DNA from: the human T2T-CHM13v2.0 reference genome, Homo sapiens
Reading direction: 5' to 3' (one strand)
Assembly: GCF_009914755.1 (NCBI RefSeq)
Contig: NC_060926.1
Length of the DNA stretch: 64,000 bases
Shown: one piece after another, positions 11,766 through 24,200 of the stretch
Layout of the letters: every line of letters begins with the position of its first letter
Position numbering within the stretch: the first letter of the stretch is position 1
The notes under the pieces: model-generated
Told to the model about the DNA's origin: nothing
What the model saw: the letters and a program-made list of their open reading frames with translations, nothing else
Databases searched by the model: none
Made by a program: the position numbers and the translations under genes

Positions 11766-12705
11766 GAATAAACCCAGAAATAAGGCAAGAATGAGACAAA
11801 ATGCGATATGCTTCCCAGATGGTAAAGAGCTATTCCTAGTGAGTTTCTCTTCAGCAAAGCATTTAGTCCATGCGAAACAAATCTAATTAGAATCCTCCTA
11901 TTATATTTCACATCTTATTCTCTACATGTAAATCTTCCAAACAGTTTCTCTCTTTTGGCAAATCATTATTTCACATTTATTAAGACAAAGTATGGTTGAA
12001 GGGCTCTGTTGCTGGCTTATAACTACAGCCCATCTACAGGTGTCATATTTTATGCACTGAAAAGAGAGTATTGTTCTGCCACTCTCTATGCAGGAACTAT
12101 GAATGCCTGGAAACAAATGACTTTTGACTGCTGATCAGAACCACACTTTAATCAGTTACTGGTCTGTGATCAATAATTAATCATGCTATTCTGTCTAGGT
12201 AATAAATAATGGGGAAAATAGCAATGAATATATAGTTGGCCAGATTCTCCCTCGGGCGAAACAGGAAAGGGCCAGCATGAAAGTCTGCCTGGATAACCTT
12301 GTAGATTCTCAATGTGCAGCTTTAGTTGAAATTCTGGGAGGGTTAGGGCTGTTAGTAGGGAAAGGGGATTGTTATCTTCTACCCCTCCTCCTAGGCCCCT
12401 CAGGGCTAATAATTCCTACTTGGATCAAATGTCTCTGTGCTAAGACAACTGAAAAGGGGGTCAGGAACAGCGGTGATGCTATGGGATAGACACAAGACAG
12501 TTCCACCATCGAAGGACTTCCTTGGAGGTAGAGGCAATCAGGTGGCAACAGAAGTACAGTCACACCTTGCTTGATGCTGTCATGATTATAGGTCAGAAAT
12601 TGTGTGTAAGCTGCAACTTTATACAGGTACTTTGAATCCTATGGCAGTGCCCAGGGACTTTTCCATTTAAAAGTTTTATGATGGAATATTTTATAAAGAG
12701 TACAG

Positions 12706-12968
12706 TTGCCTTAGTTTTTGTTGCTGTCTAACAAATTACCACAGATTAAGTGCCTTAAAATAGTATACATTAATTATTTTACAGTTTCTGCAGGTCAGGG
12801 GTCTGAGCACATTAGCTCGGTTCTCTACTTAGGGTTTCATGGAGCTGCAATCACGGGGTCAGTGAGGGTGTGAGATTGGGGTCCTCTTTTAAAGTTCACC
12901 TGGTCGTTGGCAGAATTCAGTTCCTTGTGGCTGTATGACTGAGAGTCCTGGCTTCTTACTGGCTGTTA
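12706..12968 (-). mobile_element. MLT1 (MLT1D/E/F-like) MaLR LTR fragment
   Basis: ttgctgtctaacaaattaccacagattaagtgccttaaaa...acagtttctgcaggtcagg...gttggcagaattcagttccttgtggctgta. Confidence 0.8.
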
Positions 12969-14848
12969 CCACATGCCCTTACCTTTTTAGCCAACTTTTA
13001 AGTAGCGGCATAGGGATGGAGAAAAGATGCATGGAGGGGAATTGCTATCACAGTTCATGTAGATAGTATTCTTCAGTGCTATTAGAGATTATTAAAGAAC
13101 ACTTAAAAGAATTGCTTGAGATTTCTCCCTGAGCAAAAAGTCTAGGTGATAGTTTACATTATGGGATGCCACCCTATCATCATGCTAGATTTATAGGTTC
13201 GAGGCTTTTCTCATGCTTTTATAAAAGTATGCTAATGTAGATGGAATCATCCTGCATTTAGATTGCAGCAATATTTTTGATATAAAAGTTATGGTGCTTT
13301 TAATGAGACTCTCTAAGTTGTCTTTTATTCTATCTGGGTTAGCATAAGAAAAGCGTCATTTGTACTGTGATATTAGCAAATTGCCCACACAATTTAAATA
13401 ACCTGCTTTGAGTCAGGTGTTTTCTTTTTATTGAGTTGTTTCTCCTGAAGACTTCAGCCTTCCTACATTTTGAGAACATGCAGCCAACCACATGATTAGC
13501 CTTCCTAATAAAGCGTGGCACCTGCCAAGCCTGGGTCTGCCTCTCTTGGTCTAACAGGAGCCTCGCCAGAATAGCCCATACTGGCCTCTCAGGTGCAGCC
13601 AGGCCTGCAAATCACCAGTGACACCACTTGAAAGGACAGAAAGAGGCCTCAGACTCTAAAGGACAGAAAGCAGCCTCAGACTCATGGACAAAATGTGGTA
13701 AAGAAAATTCTTTAAGACTAATTTTTAGCTATATTGGAAGGAAGTGCATAAAGGAAAAGCAATTTCTTATGTACCTAATAATCATCTCTCTTCCTATCTA
13801 CTCATCTATCAATATGTTTCCCATCTTCTTTGCTGTAACTCTAAAGGACTCATTCCCAGGTTTTGCAAATAGAAATCTGAACCCTCTTTAAATCTGCCAT
13901 TTTGGGCCCCAGTTACCTTAGAACTGCACCTTTCACAAACAAGGCTTTTATCAGTTGTTCCCTTTCAATGTGATCATTGAATTAAGGTACAGTGGTCTAA
14001 GGGTAGGTTTCCCCAAACCTTGAGAGAAGTGTCTCATGATGGGATTACCCTATTCATATGTCATATTAGACATATGGTCTTTGAAAAGCCAGGGAAGCTG
14101 AAAGAGGTCTTAGAGCAGATGTTTGAAATCCATGAAAGCAGCTGAGTAAATGCAACTGCTAAAATGCTCAGCACCCCAACCTCTCCTGTGGGCAAGGGAG
14201 CTTCTGAATGGCTGGGAAGCCTCACCAAAATCTCTGAAAAACAAAGGCATTATTTACCTCTTATGAAAGGAACATGACCTTAGATAGGGCAGTATCAAGT
14301 CACTTTTACCTCTAAGAAAGGTGAAAAGTTAATAAGAAGCCCTGTTTCACCCCAAACGTTAAATGAGTAAGTATCTACCAGGTACCACCTTCAGCTGATG
14401 GGGGACTAGGTAGAAGAAGGCAGGCACACACATGTACACATGTGCTGCACACCACACAGAAGCACCAACATGAGAGAAAGAGACTTGGCTTAGTGGCCAC
14501 CCTGACTGGCTGCCTTCGCTGAATTGGAGAGGACTTGCAGCCACTTCAGAAGAGGGTACACAGCCAACGCAAACCAAACACAATCTGCTTCTTTGTGAAT
14601 TGCAAGCAATTCCCAACTGCCTGAGCTAATGGTACAGAGCAGTAGAGCAGATAACCCAATACGGTGGATAATCTCAAAATCATTTTCCATTTGGCTTGTG
14701 GAATGAATTAAATGATTTGTTTCAGCTTCAGCAGATTTACCTTCCTAATTATGTTTTTTGTTAGGCTAGAAACATTCAACATTGCAGGATGTTGCCAGGG
14801 ATTTTTTAAAAGTGCAGCAGATAATGGCCATGTGAGAGATCAGCACAG

Positions 14849-14864
14849 GGGTCACTGGGGGTCA
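14849..14864 (+). promoter_or_regulatory. Perfect nuclear-receptor DR4 motif (candidate LXR/TR element)
   Basis: GGGTCA-ctgg-GGGTCA; sequence match only. Confidence 0.35.
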
Positions 14865-14874
14865 CTGATATCTA

Positions 14875-15351
<477 letters not shown>

Positions 15352-15589
15352 TTACTTGAGATTTCTCTAGATGTTCTATCAATGTTTGTTGAATAAATGA
15401 ATGGATGGATGAACAAGGTATATTTGGAAAGAAGCCAAATAAATAGTTCTGACAGTGAGCATTCCTGGAAGGCAAAGAAAAGGCAACTTGCTCTTCACAA
15501 GAGTGGTCAGGAAAGGTGTCCCCCTAAACCAGAGGCTCCTAGAAAGCAGGTTGCATGCTCCTCAGGGTTTTGCATAGGTGGAGAACATG

Positions 15590-15925
15590 TTAGATTCTCT
15601 GCCCACCCTGCCCTGCCTTCTTCCCTTGGGTTAATCCTCATTATCTTTTAGGTCTCAACTCAACACTGCCTCCTCAAGGAAATCTTTCCAACCCTGGACC
15701 ATAGCAGTCCCTAGGAATATGCTTTCCTAATACCCTGTATTTCACTTTCTAAGCGTGTCCCCCAACCTGAAGTAAAAACTTATCTTAGCAATATTTGTGG
15801 AAAGTTTGCCTCCTCTGATACAATGTAAGCTGCATGGTGACAGGGACTATAGTCTCTTCTTAATATCACTGTATTTCCAACACTTAAAACAGCACTGGCA
15901 TAATAAATACTTGTTATGGAACAAT
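15590..15925 (+). mobile_element. L2 fragment
   Basis: ttatcttttaggtctcaactcaacactgcctcctcaaggaaatctttcc...tgtaagctgcatggtgacagggact...cactgtatttccaacacttaaaacagcactggcata. Confidence 0.7.
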
Positions 15926-16154
15926 GTATCTAACTTAGTACTAAAGTCAGGAAAGAAGTATTTAATTGAGCTCTAAGAAATGGGTAGAAAATACTTAATT
16001 GGAGAAAAGAAAAGTAGGAATTCTAGGAAAGGGAGTCTGCCTTTACAGTCATGTAGAGATAAAAATAAATAGGAGGACCTAATGAGATCATTAGTAGCCT
16101 GCTTCATTAAATTCTAATAAGGGTTAGAAATTATTTTATAAAACAACAACAAAA

Positions 16155-16372
16155 ATATTAGCTACCATTCATTGTTTCCTATAAGCTATTTTAATGGAAT
16201 ACCTCATCTACTCCCATTGCAAACCTGTGAAATGGCTATTACCCTTATTTTACAAGGAGGACACTGAGGCTTACAGAATTTAAGGTCACTTGGTAAATAT
16301 ATGGTGGAGCCACTATTTGAATCCAAGCATATTTATTGATATGACTCCAAGGCCCATGATTTTAGCCACTAT
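16155..16372 (-). mobile_element. MIR SINE
   Basis: attacccttattttacaaggaggacactgaggcttacagaatttaaggtcac...tttgaatccaagc. Confidence 0.7.
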
Positions 16373-16480
16373 GCAAACAAGGTACTGCATTTTAAAACTG
16401 TTTTTTATAAATGATAAAGTGCTTGGCAGCTATAATGTGTGCAGATACAGACACATACAGTCAAACACTCAAAATGACAG

Positions 16481-16525
16481 ACTAGCTGGCTAGCTAGCTA
16501 ACTAACTAGCTAGGTAACTAACTAA
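16481..16525. repeat. (CTAG)n/(CTAA)n compound tetranucleotide repeat
   Basis: actagctggctagctagctaactaactagctaggtaactaactaa. Confidence 0.8.
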
Positions 16526-16971
16526 GGAATCCAATTTGTCTCAATAACTAAATACATCTCCATTGTATTTGGTTATGTAAACCTTGTACTGCATGAGTGG
16601 AGAAAACCCAAAGTACTTCATTATCTAAAAGACAGAAAATCTGGGTATCTTTGGGCCAAAATAAATGCCCAAATAAATAAGTGACAGTGGAAACAGCCAT
16701 GCATTTTGTCTCCAACTAACTGGTTTAACGTTGCTGTTGTTTTTTGTTTGTTTTTTTCTTTTCTTTTCTTTTCTTTTCTGCCAAGGCTTAAAGCTACACA
16801 ACAAATATTAAGATCAATGTGGCCCTTCTCAGTAAGTTCAAGGCTGATTGGTCCAACAAAAAGTGACTATTAGAATAGTATTGATGCAAATGTGAAAACC
16901 CCCGTATGGCAAGAAGTGTCAAGGTTTGGTGTGATTCGGTTTTTGTTTTTGTTGTTTTGGTGTAATGAAGT

Positions 16972-17098
16972 ATCCACCTCTAGACTGTAAGCTGCAAGGA
17001 GAGAGAGTCCAGGTCTGCTTTTTCACATTTATATCCCTGGTGCCAACACAATACAAAGCACACAACCAGCTCACAATTATGGAATGAAAAACTGAATG
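16972..17098 (+). mobile_element. L2 3' end
   Basis: ctagactgtaagctgcaaggag...gtctgctttttcacatttatatccctggtgccaacaca. Confidence 0.7.
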
Positions 17099-17699
17099 TT
17101 TAAGATTCAGTTAATTTTAATTGTAAAAGGTTAAAAGGGCATTGAAAGCCCTGGACTCCATATTTATAGTCCTTGTAATTGCCTGTCCTAGAACTAAGAA
17201 ATACAGGACATTTTAGAAGGCAGTGTCAACTACGTTTGGCTAAATTTGGATTATTTAAAAAAAATTTTAGTCACTGAGAAAGCATTTATCCCACACTGCA
17301 ATAACAAATAAATATAACAAAAAATGAACTAAATATTTTTTTCCTTCGCAGTCACCTATCTTAGCACCCCACTGATACATCCCAAATGGCAGCTCCTAGA
17401 CCATCGTTGACTCTCAACTAATATTTCCTATTATTGTTATTAATAGAAATCCATAAGTTTAAATTTTCTCTCAGGGGACCTCAGTGGACTTTCATTTTAC
17501 AATAATGAGGATTTGAAAATGATTTATTTTAATACATCTCAAAAATACGCTGTTGAAAGTAATAAAACTTCTATTTGTTGTAATGATAGCCATTACCTCT
17601 CACACAGGTATGCCAGGGCAGAACACAGATTTTTTTTGTGTTTAGCAGATCCTGGAGGTTTTCTAGGAGCTGAGTGCAAACCACAGAAAAACAAATAAG

Positions 17700-19500
17700 T
17701 CACCATCTCAGGAAGCATTCCTCAGATATTCTGGTTTTTCAGACAGGTGGAATTATTCCCTACTAATTTATACACCAATGAAACTGGCCGGTTGGCAAGC
17801 CCACAATTAATGTGAATGCCAAGTGGGAAGGCAGCTTTGTTTCATCTCAGAGAACACTTCGCTGAACAGCAGCCTCCCCAGATGAAAATACATGCAATGT
17901 CTCTCTCTTTAAACTTGCAGCGGACGCTGGCGTTTCTTCATCTCTATTCACTCTATCATTATGATGCATTATACAATGTAATGATGTAATACATCGGAAA
18001 GCCGAAACGTGCGTGCCTTGCCAAAAATAATAATAAGAAAAGTATACAATTATTTTCTGCTGTGAAAGCCACTATCACTATCATTTCATCCTTCCCCAGC
18101 CAAAATGAAAGCTTCCCTAATGGCTCAGAGTCTCTTTATGTTTGTGAATTGAACATGAATGAGAAAAGTAGGAAGTCACCTTGTCTGTACCGAGTCAGAA
18201 CTTTTAAAAGATGTAAACAAATTTGTCACTGAGCATGGCAGGCTGGCTCTAGGATCTGCTCTAGCCATATTTCCGATGGTGTGATTCCTGGTGTGATTCT
18301 AAATGTTACCAAGCCTTTATTTGTTAATAACAAATTTCCTAAAAAGGGTCTGCCTTTTCATGTTTCATTAACATTAACCTACAATCACAAGCCACTGTTC
18401 TGGGCAGGAAGCACATTTCAGGGAAAAGTCACCGTCTGCTGGTAGTTGTATTCGTGGCTGATTAAATCAAAAAATCAAAGTAATAAAACCTCAGGAAAAA
18501 AGCCAACTAATTGCTACATTTCCCCTCCCCCTTACTGAACGCTATTTTGAGTTACAGGAGCAGAAAATTGTTTTAAGAATCAGATATTTTTAATGCATCA
18601 TAAGAAAATATTCCCGAAAGATTGCAATATTGAGCAGAATTTTTTTTTTTCATCCAATTCCTCCTGGTTTTTCCCCTCCTTTCTTCCCCTCCCCAAGCGC
18701 CCTTCCTGCTCCCATGGATTTTCTGGATAGATTTCTATAGCATATCTAATGCTTTTCTTCATTATTACCAGGGATCAACCCCTTATAAATAGGACCAAAC
18801 CAAAGGAAGGAAGCTACATCCTTGACCGTCCAGCTTGCTGGCAGGAGCTCTGTCAATTTGGATTGCAGCGATATTTCAAAATGATATTTTCAGCGCTGTT
18901 ATTATAATCATAATTGGGAAGTGGTTGATTAGATGGAGGCCAGAGACAAATTTTAAGGGAACACAGGGAACTGAGCAGGGGCAGACTGCCGTCCACTGCA
19001 TTCCGTCTCCAGTTTGGAGAAAACTGCCTTGACAGAGCTCACTCACAAAACCCAGCCACAGATCATAAAGCTCCTAAGTAGGCTGGCCACCCGCTTTATG
19101 CTGAAAATTTGTGGGATGCCATTTTTTTTTGCCTGGCAAAATTAGTAGGAATGCTTAACGTAATTAATTTTTATACTAAACACGTGTTGTTGTTTTTTTT
19201 TTTAATGTACAATTACCAAACCATCGCAACCACAGCACAGCACAATCAGATGTGCCTGAAAACACATAATTGACATAAAGGACGTGCAGGAAAATAACGT
19301 GAAAACATAAAATAAATGGTTATTGCTATTTAAAATCTGCATTTAAAGAGTGGAATTATTCATAATTATGCATTATTAGCTAATAATTGGGTGGAAGCAT
19401 ACAGGGCATATCTTGTTTATTATTGCTGTTGCTGCTATTGTTACTGTTATTATTATTTTCTGTGGAAAATTTTACCAACCTGAGATCGTTTTGAAGAATT
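17700..19500. promoter_or_regulatory. Candidate conserved non-coding/enhancer block
   Basis: No recognisable repeat. CpGs are retained locally (gcagcggacgctggcg, catcggaaagccgaaacgtgcgtg), TAAT/ATTA clusters are dense, and there is a MEF2/TATA-like ttataaatag at 18783. Inference only. Confidence 0.45.
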
Positions 19501-20391
19501 CCCAGTGATTACTCAGTGCATACAGTCTGTAGACTGTTTTGCATTATTCACTCACCACCGAAACATAGTCACCTCTGGGGAAGGCCCTAGAAAATCCCAA
19601 ACATCTCATAAAAACATACCAGCAGGTGTAAGGCATGTTTCTTCAGCCAAAAGAAAGCCAAAGAGGTAAGGAAAGTAAAGAAGGGTAGATGCTTCATGCA
19701 GGGAAAAAAAAAAAAAAAAAAAAAAAAAGCCTAGAGCAAAAAGCCAAAGTATACTCAGTTACACTGATTCAAGCATTATTCAGCACATCATGCCTTTCTT
19801 CATTCTCCCACTTCTTCTCTCCCCGCCAGAAACAAAAGATGGATAAGACACACATGGTGACTAGGTTTTTAGTGCCTATTGATGATCAATAGCTATGTAT
19901 AATATAAATTGTGTTTGTGTCACAGAGGGTCAACAGACGGCAAGCTTTGCAGAATTCAGCACTTTCAGGCCTCAGGCTTCAACACTCCAGTATGGCAGCC
20001 TGATGCTACCCACCTAAGGTCTTTTACTTTGGGGAATGTGTCAAGTGTCCTGTGATCAGACTCCCAGGCGAGCAAGCCACGAAGGCTAAATTACAGTGCA
20101 GAAAACAGAAGTGATGTCCTCCAAGAGTTGGAACAACCAGTTGGAAGGTGGAAATTTTCCTGATACAACCAGTTTCTTGGTCGACGTGAGGTGGAATAAC
20201 TTAAATGATAAATTTTTTGTGTCTTGCCCCACATTTTGGTGTCACATAGATTGTTAAAGGAGCAACATGTGGAAAAGAAAGTGACCAAAGTGGTTACGAC
20301 AAGAAGAGATAGAGGGCAAAAAAGAATAATTTTGGCTAATTACTCACATCTAAATTTATGTTACACATTAAGAAAAACAGCTTGATAAATC

Positions 20392-20730
20392 AAATCCATT
20401 CACTCCATGTACTTATTAAATAAGTATTGATTGATTGACTACTATATATCCTATGCCATTCTAGGCCCTGGAGATTCAGTGACTAAAACAGACAGAAACT
20501 TCTGCCTTCAGAGAGTTGACATCATATGTGTGGTGGGCAGTTGGGGGTTGGAGGGAAAGGCAACAAGCAAATAGTTAAGATCTGTAGTAGGCCAAATGGG
20601 TATGTACTTTGAAGACAAATAAAGCCCAGAAAAGAAGACAGAAAGTATGTGCAGAGTGGAAGGTTATGCAACCTTAAGTAAGATGGTCAGTGAAGACATC
20701 TCCCAGAGGGCAATATCTGAGTAAAGACTA
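20392..20730 (-). mobile_element. L2 fragment
   Basis: ccattctaggccctggagattcagtgactaaaacagacagaaacttctgccttcagagagttgac...atggtcagtgaagacatctcccagagggcaatatctgagtaaagac. Confidence 0.75.
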
Positions 20731-20854
20731 TTGCGATTAAAACTCAGTCGACTATTTGAATGAGCTTTTCTTTTCTTCTTTTTGAACAGAGATGATCAGA
20801 CTGATCTAACAATCTGTTGAAAACATAACCTTAGTAAATCACTTAAAGAATTCC

Positions 20855-21276
<422 letters not shown>

Positions 21277-24200
21277 TTACTCACAAATTTTTACTCAGAA
21301 TAATTCCAGCTGTATTTCTCTCTTTGTTTTAAACACAAATAACTTGGTCTGCACTCAGCAAAGTAAAAAACAACATAAAGCGAAATGGAAAGAAATGAGT
21401 AAAACTGTGAGGAGGGATCAGGTCTTTGCAAGGGGACGAATAACCAGTTTGGCCAGATTTATCTTTATGAGCTGTATGCTTTCTAGGCATTTAGACTTAA
21501 GAAAGAAGAGCAGTAAGCATATCTATAGTGACCATATTTCCAGAGTCACAATTTAGAACTCATGACCTAATAAAGAATTATTTTTCTGATTTGCGAATTC
21601 ACTTATATAAAAAGCCTTTCAAATATAAAATGTAAAATCTTTTTAGTTCTCATTATTTTTAAAAATGCCTTTCTTGAAAAGAATATAGTTATATAACTAA
21701 AAATATATAGTTCATTAACACACATACATATCTGTATCAGTAAATATAATATTTGAAAGTCTGAAGTTGGAATAGACTCCAGAAACCCAGAATCTATGGT
21801 CCTTGTGCTACACATACCAATGCATATAGTATACATTGATCAAAGTCCACATAATCTATACTACCCTAGTAGAAAATGTACTTCTTTTCAAGGTACACAC
21901 AGTTCCTGGACTCTTCATATTGTATTTATTTACTTAAATAAGGAATCTTAGTAATAAGTAATAAGATAAGCCTCAGGCTTATCCCTCCTGCCCCACAACA
22001 CACACACCCAAGCACCCATGCATCCAGCCCGAGTAGGAAGTAGCAGGGATCACTTCCTCACGGAGGCTCTACCCCAACTCAGTGTGGGAGGGATAAAGCC
22101 AGTGCTAATGATAAATCAGAAGAATGCAAATCCACTTAAGGTGTTAGGGAAGGAGCCAGCAGGAATACAGGAGGAATCCCAGGAACTGTTGCTCCCCACA
22201 TCCCAGGGAGCATCTCAGGGCACTTTCTCCCTGAGTACCTAGGCCAAAGAAGGGACTGAGGCAAATGTCCTTCCTCAGTGACAATGTATATGGGATGAAA
22301 GAGGGATCCTCCATTACCACCTCTATTTTTGTTGTTGATGATGTTTATTGAGACTTTCTCACAGCCAGACCCTGACTTAGATCAGAATTGTCATGTTGAG
22401 GAAGAGAATTACATGTCATACCTAGATTCCCCTGTTGGCCTCTCTCTCCTCTCTGTTACTGTCCTACTTGTACATCCAGGGCCCCTGCTCTCTGCCACCT
22501 TTGTTTATGTCTTTCATCAAGGCCTTGCTATCAACTGCTTATGCCTTGGTGTGAATGGAAATTAATGAGCAACTTCCAGGGAAATTTGCAACTAACATCT
22601 CTTTTCTATGACTGAAAGAAATAAAAGCACTGCCTCCCATGGCAAGAGTTCCAGGATTCTCTGTGGATGTTGTCCTGGGGTCTAGACACCTTTGAAATAT
22701 ATTTCAACTATTCCACTTGGGCACCCACCTCCAAGTGAACTTGAGATCTGTTTAGCCTTTGACAACTGGGCGGATATTTTCTCAAGATACATAGAAAACA
22801 AAGACAGAAATGATTTGCACAAATACACCTGTTCTTTAACCAGAAACACCATCTTCTTTAAATAGTTTTAAAGACAAGTAAAACTAATTTGATATGCACA
22901 GAAAGGGTACGTTTTCAGCAGACTGAAAAACATGAAGTTGCTCATTCTTCTCAGACACGTGGCTGCTTCCTGTCTCTGTATCTTACCCCACGCCCTTTGC
23001 TCATGATGAGCTTCCATGAAACTGAATGTAATTGATACATTGCTGAGGATTTTCTCACCTAAACTTTCATTGCCTTCTGCTGGTATGCACAGGGCAGGGG
23101 TGGGTGGCTAGGGAGAAGTGTAGAGCCATCCTAAGCATTCCCCTTCCCTGGAGAATCTATTCAGTGATGATTTGGAAATGTGGCTTTTTTCACTCAAGCA
23201 CCTCATGGCTTTGGAGCTTGATTTGATCAAGAATGTTAATTATGCTTCTCTTTAACATGATTTATAGGACATTAGTGACAGCAGGGGAGTGTTTACTCTG
23301 TGCAGGTAAGATACCGCAGTCCAGGGGCTGCCTCTGATTTCCATGTAATTAGGAAAATTTGGCCCACACAGGGGCCTAATAAGATTGCCACTCTCTTTCC
23401 CTACCAAAAATGCAGAACAAGTCACTATCTTGCACTAACTCATATGTTGCCTCTCCAGTTTCCAGTAATTTTTTTAACTATAAAATTAAAGAAAATCAAA
23501 GAAAAATTGCATTCATATGGACATGTCATCTGTGAGTAGCTTTGCACAGGCAAACGGGGTTAGTTGCTAGCAACTACAGGTCTCCTCTAAATTAAAATCA
23601 GGTTAATATTTCCTTTCTGCCCTTTGGGCATGAGGTATAAGTTTCCCCCATATATACAAAGCCTTGTTTTGTGTATGAGGGTATATTTGTGTGACCGTGT
23701 ATGTATATTTCTGTATACTTTATAAATAGACTTGGGGAGGAAGAGCATTGCTTTAATGCCTGTGAAACCAGTCTGTGGAAGGTTCCCTCTTCCATTGGTG
23801 AAATGATTAAAAATCTGACATGAAAAGACCTAAGGGCCTAAAGATGGATAATGAACACAGAACTAGTAAAGGTTTACACATTTTTGTGCCTCCCCTGTAA
23901 CAATCACAGGTGCAGTCATTAAATGGTTACACACTTTTCCTATCTCTCACATATAAGCTCATAGGTAACCACATTTAGATACATCTCTTCCTCCATCTGT
24001 GCAAACCTCTTTCAGAAACACAGCCCCTCAATTAAGAGCTTCCGCCAACCTATACTTTTTGTGCCTGTAACATATGCCTTGATGTGGCTTCTAGGAAACT
24101 TATGTGCATTTTTATGCTGTTACAGCATCAAGCATCTACACAGTATAAACAAGGATATAACCAGTCTGCAGATAAATTCTGAACCCATTTTAAGGATGCA

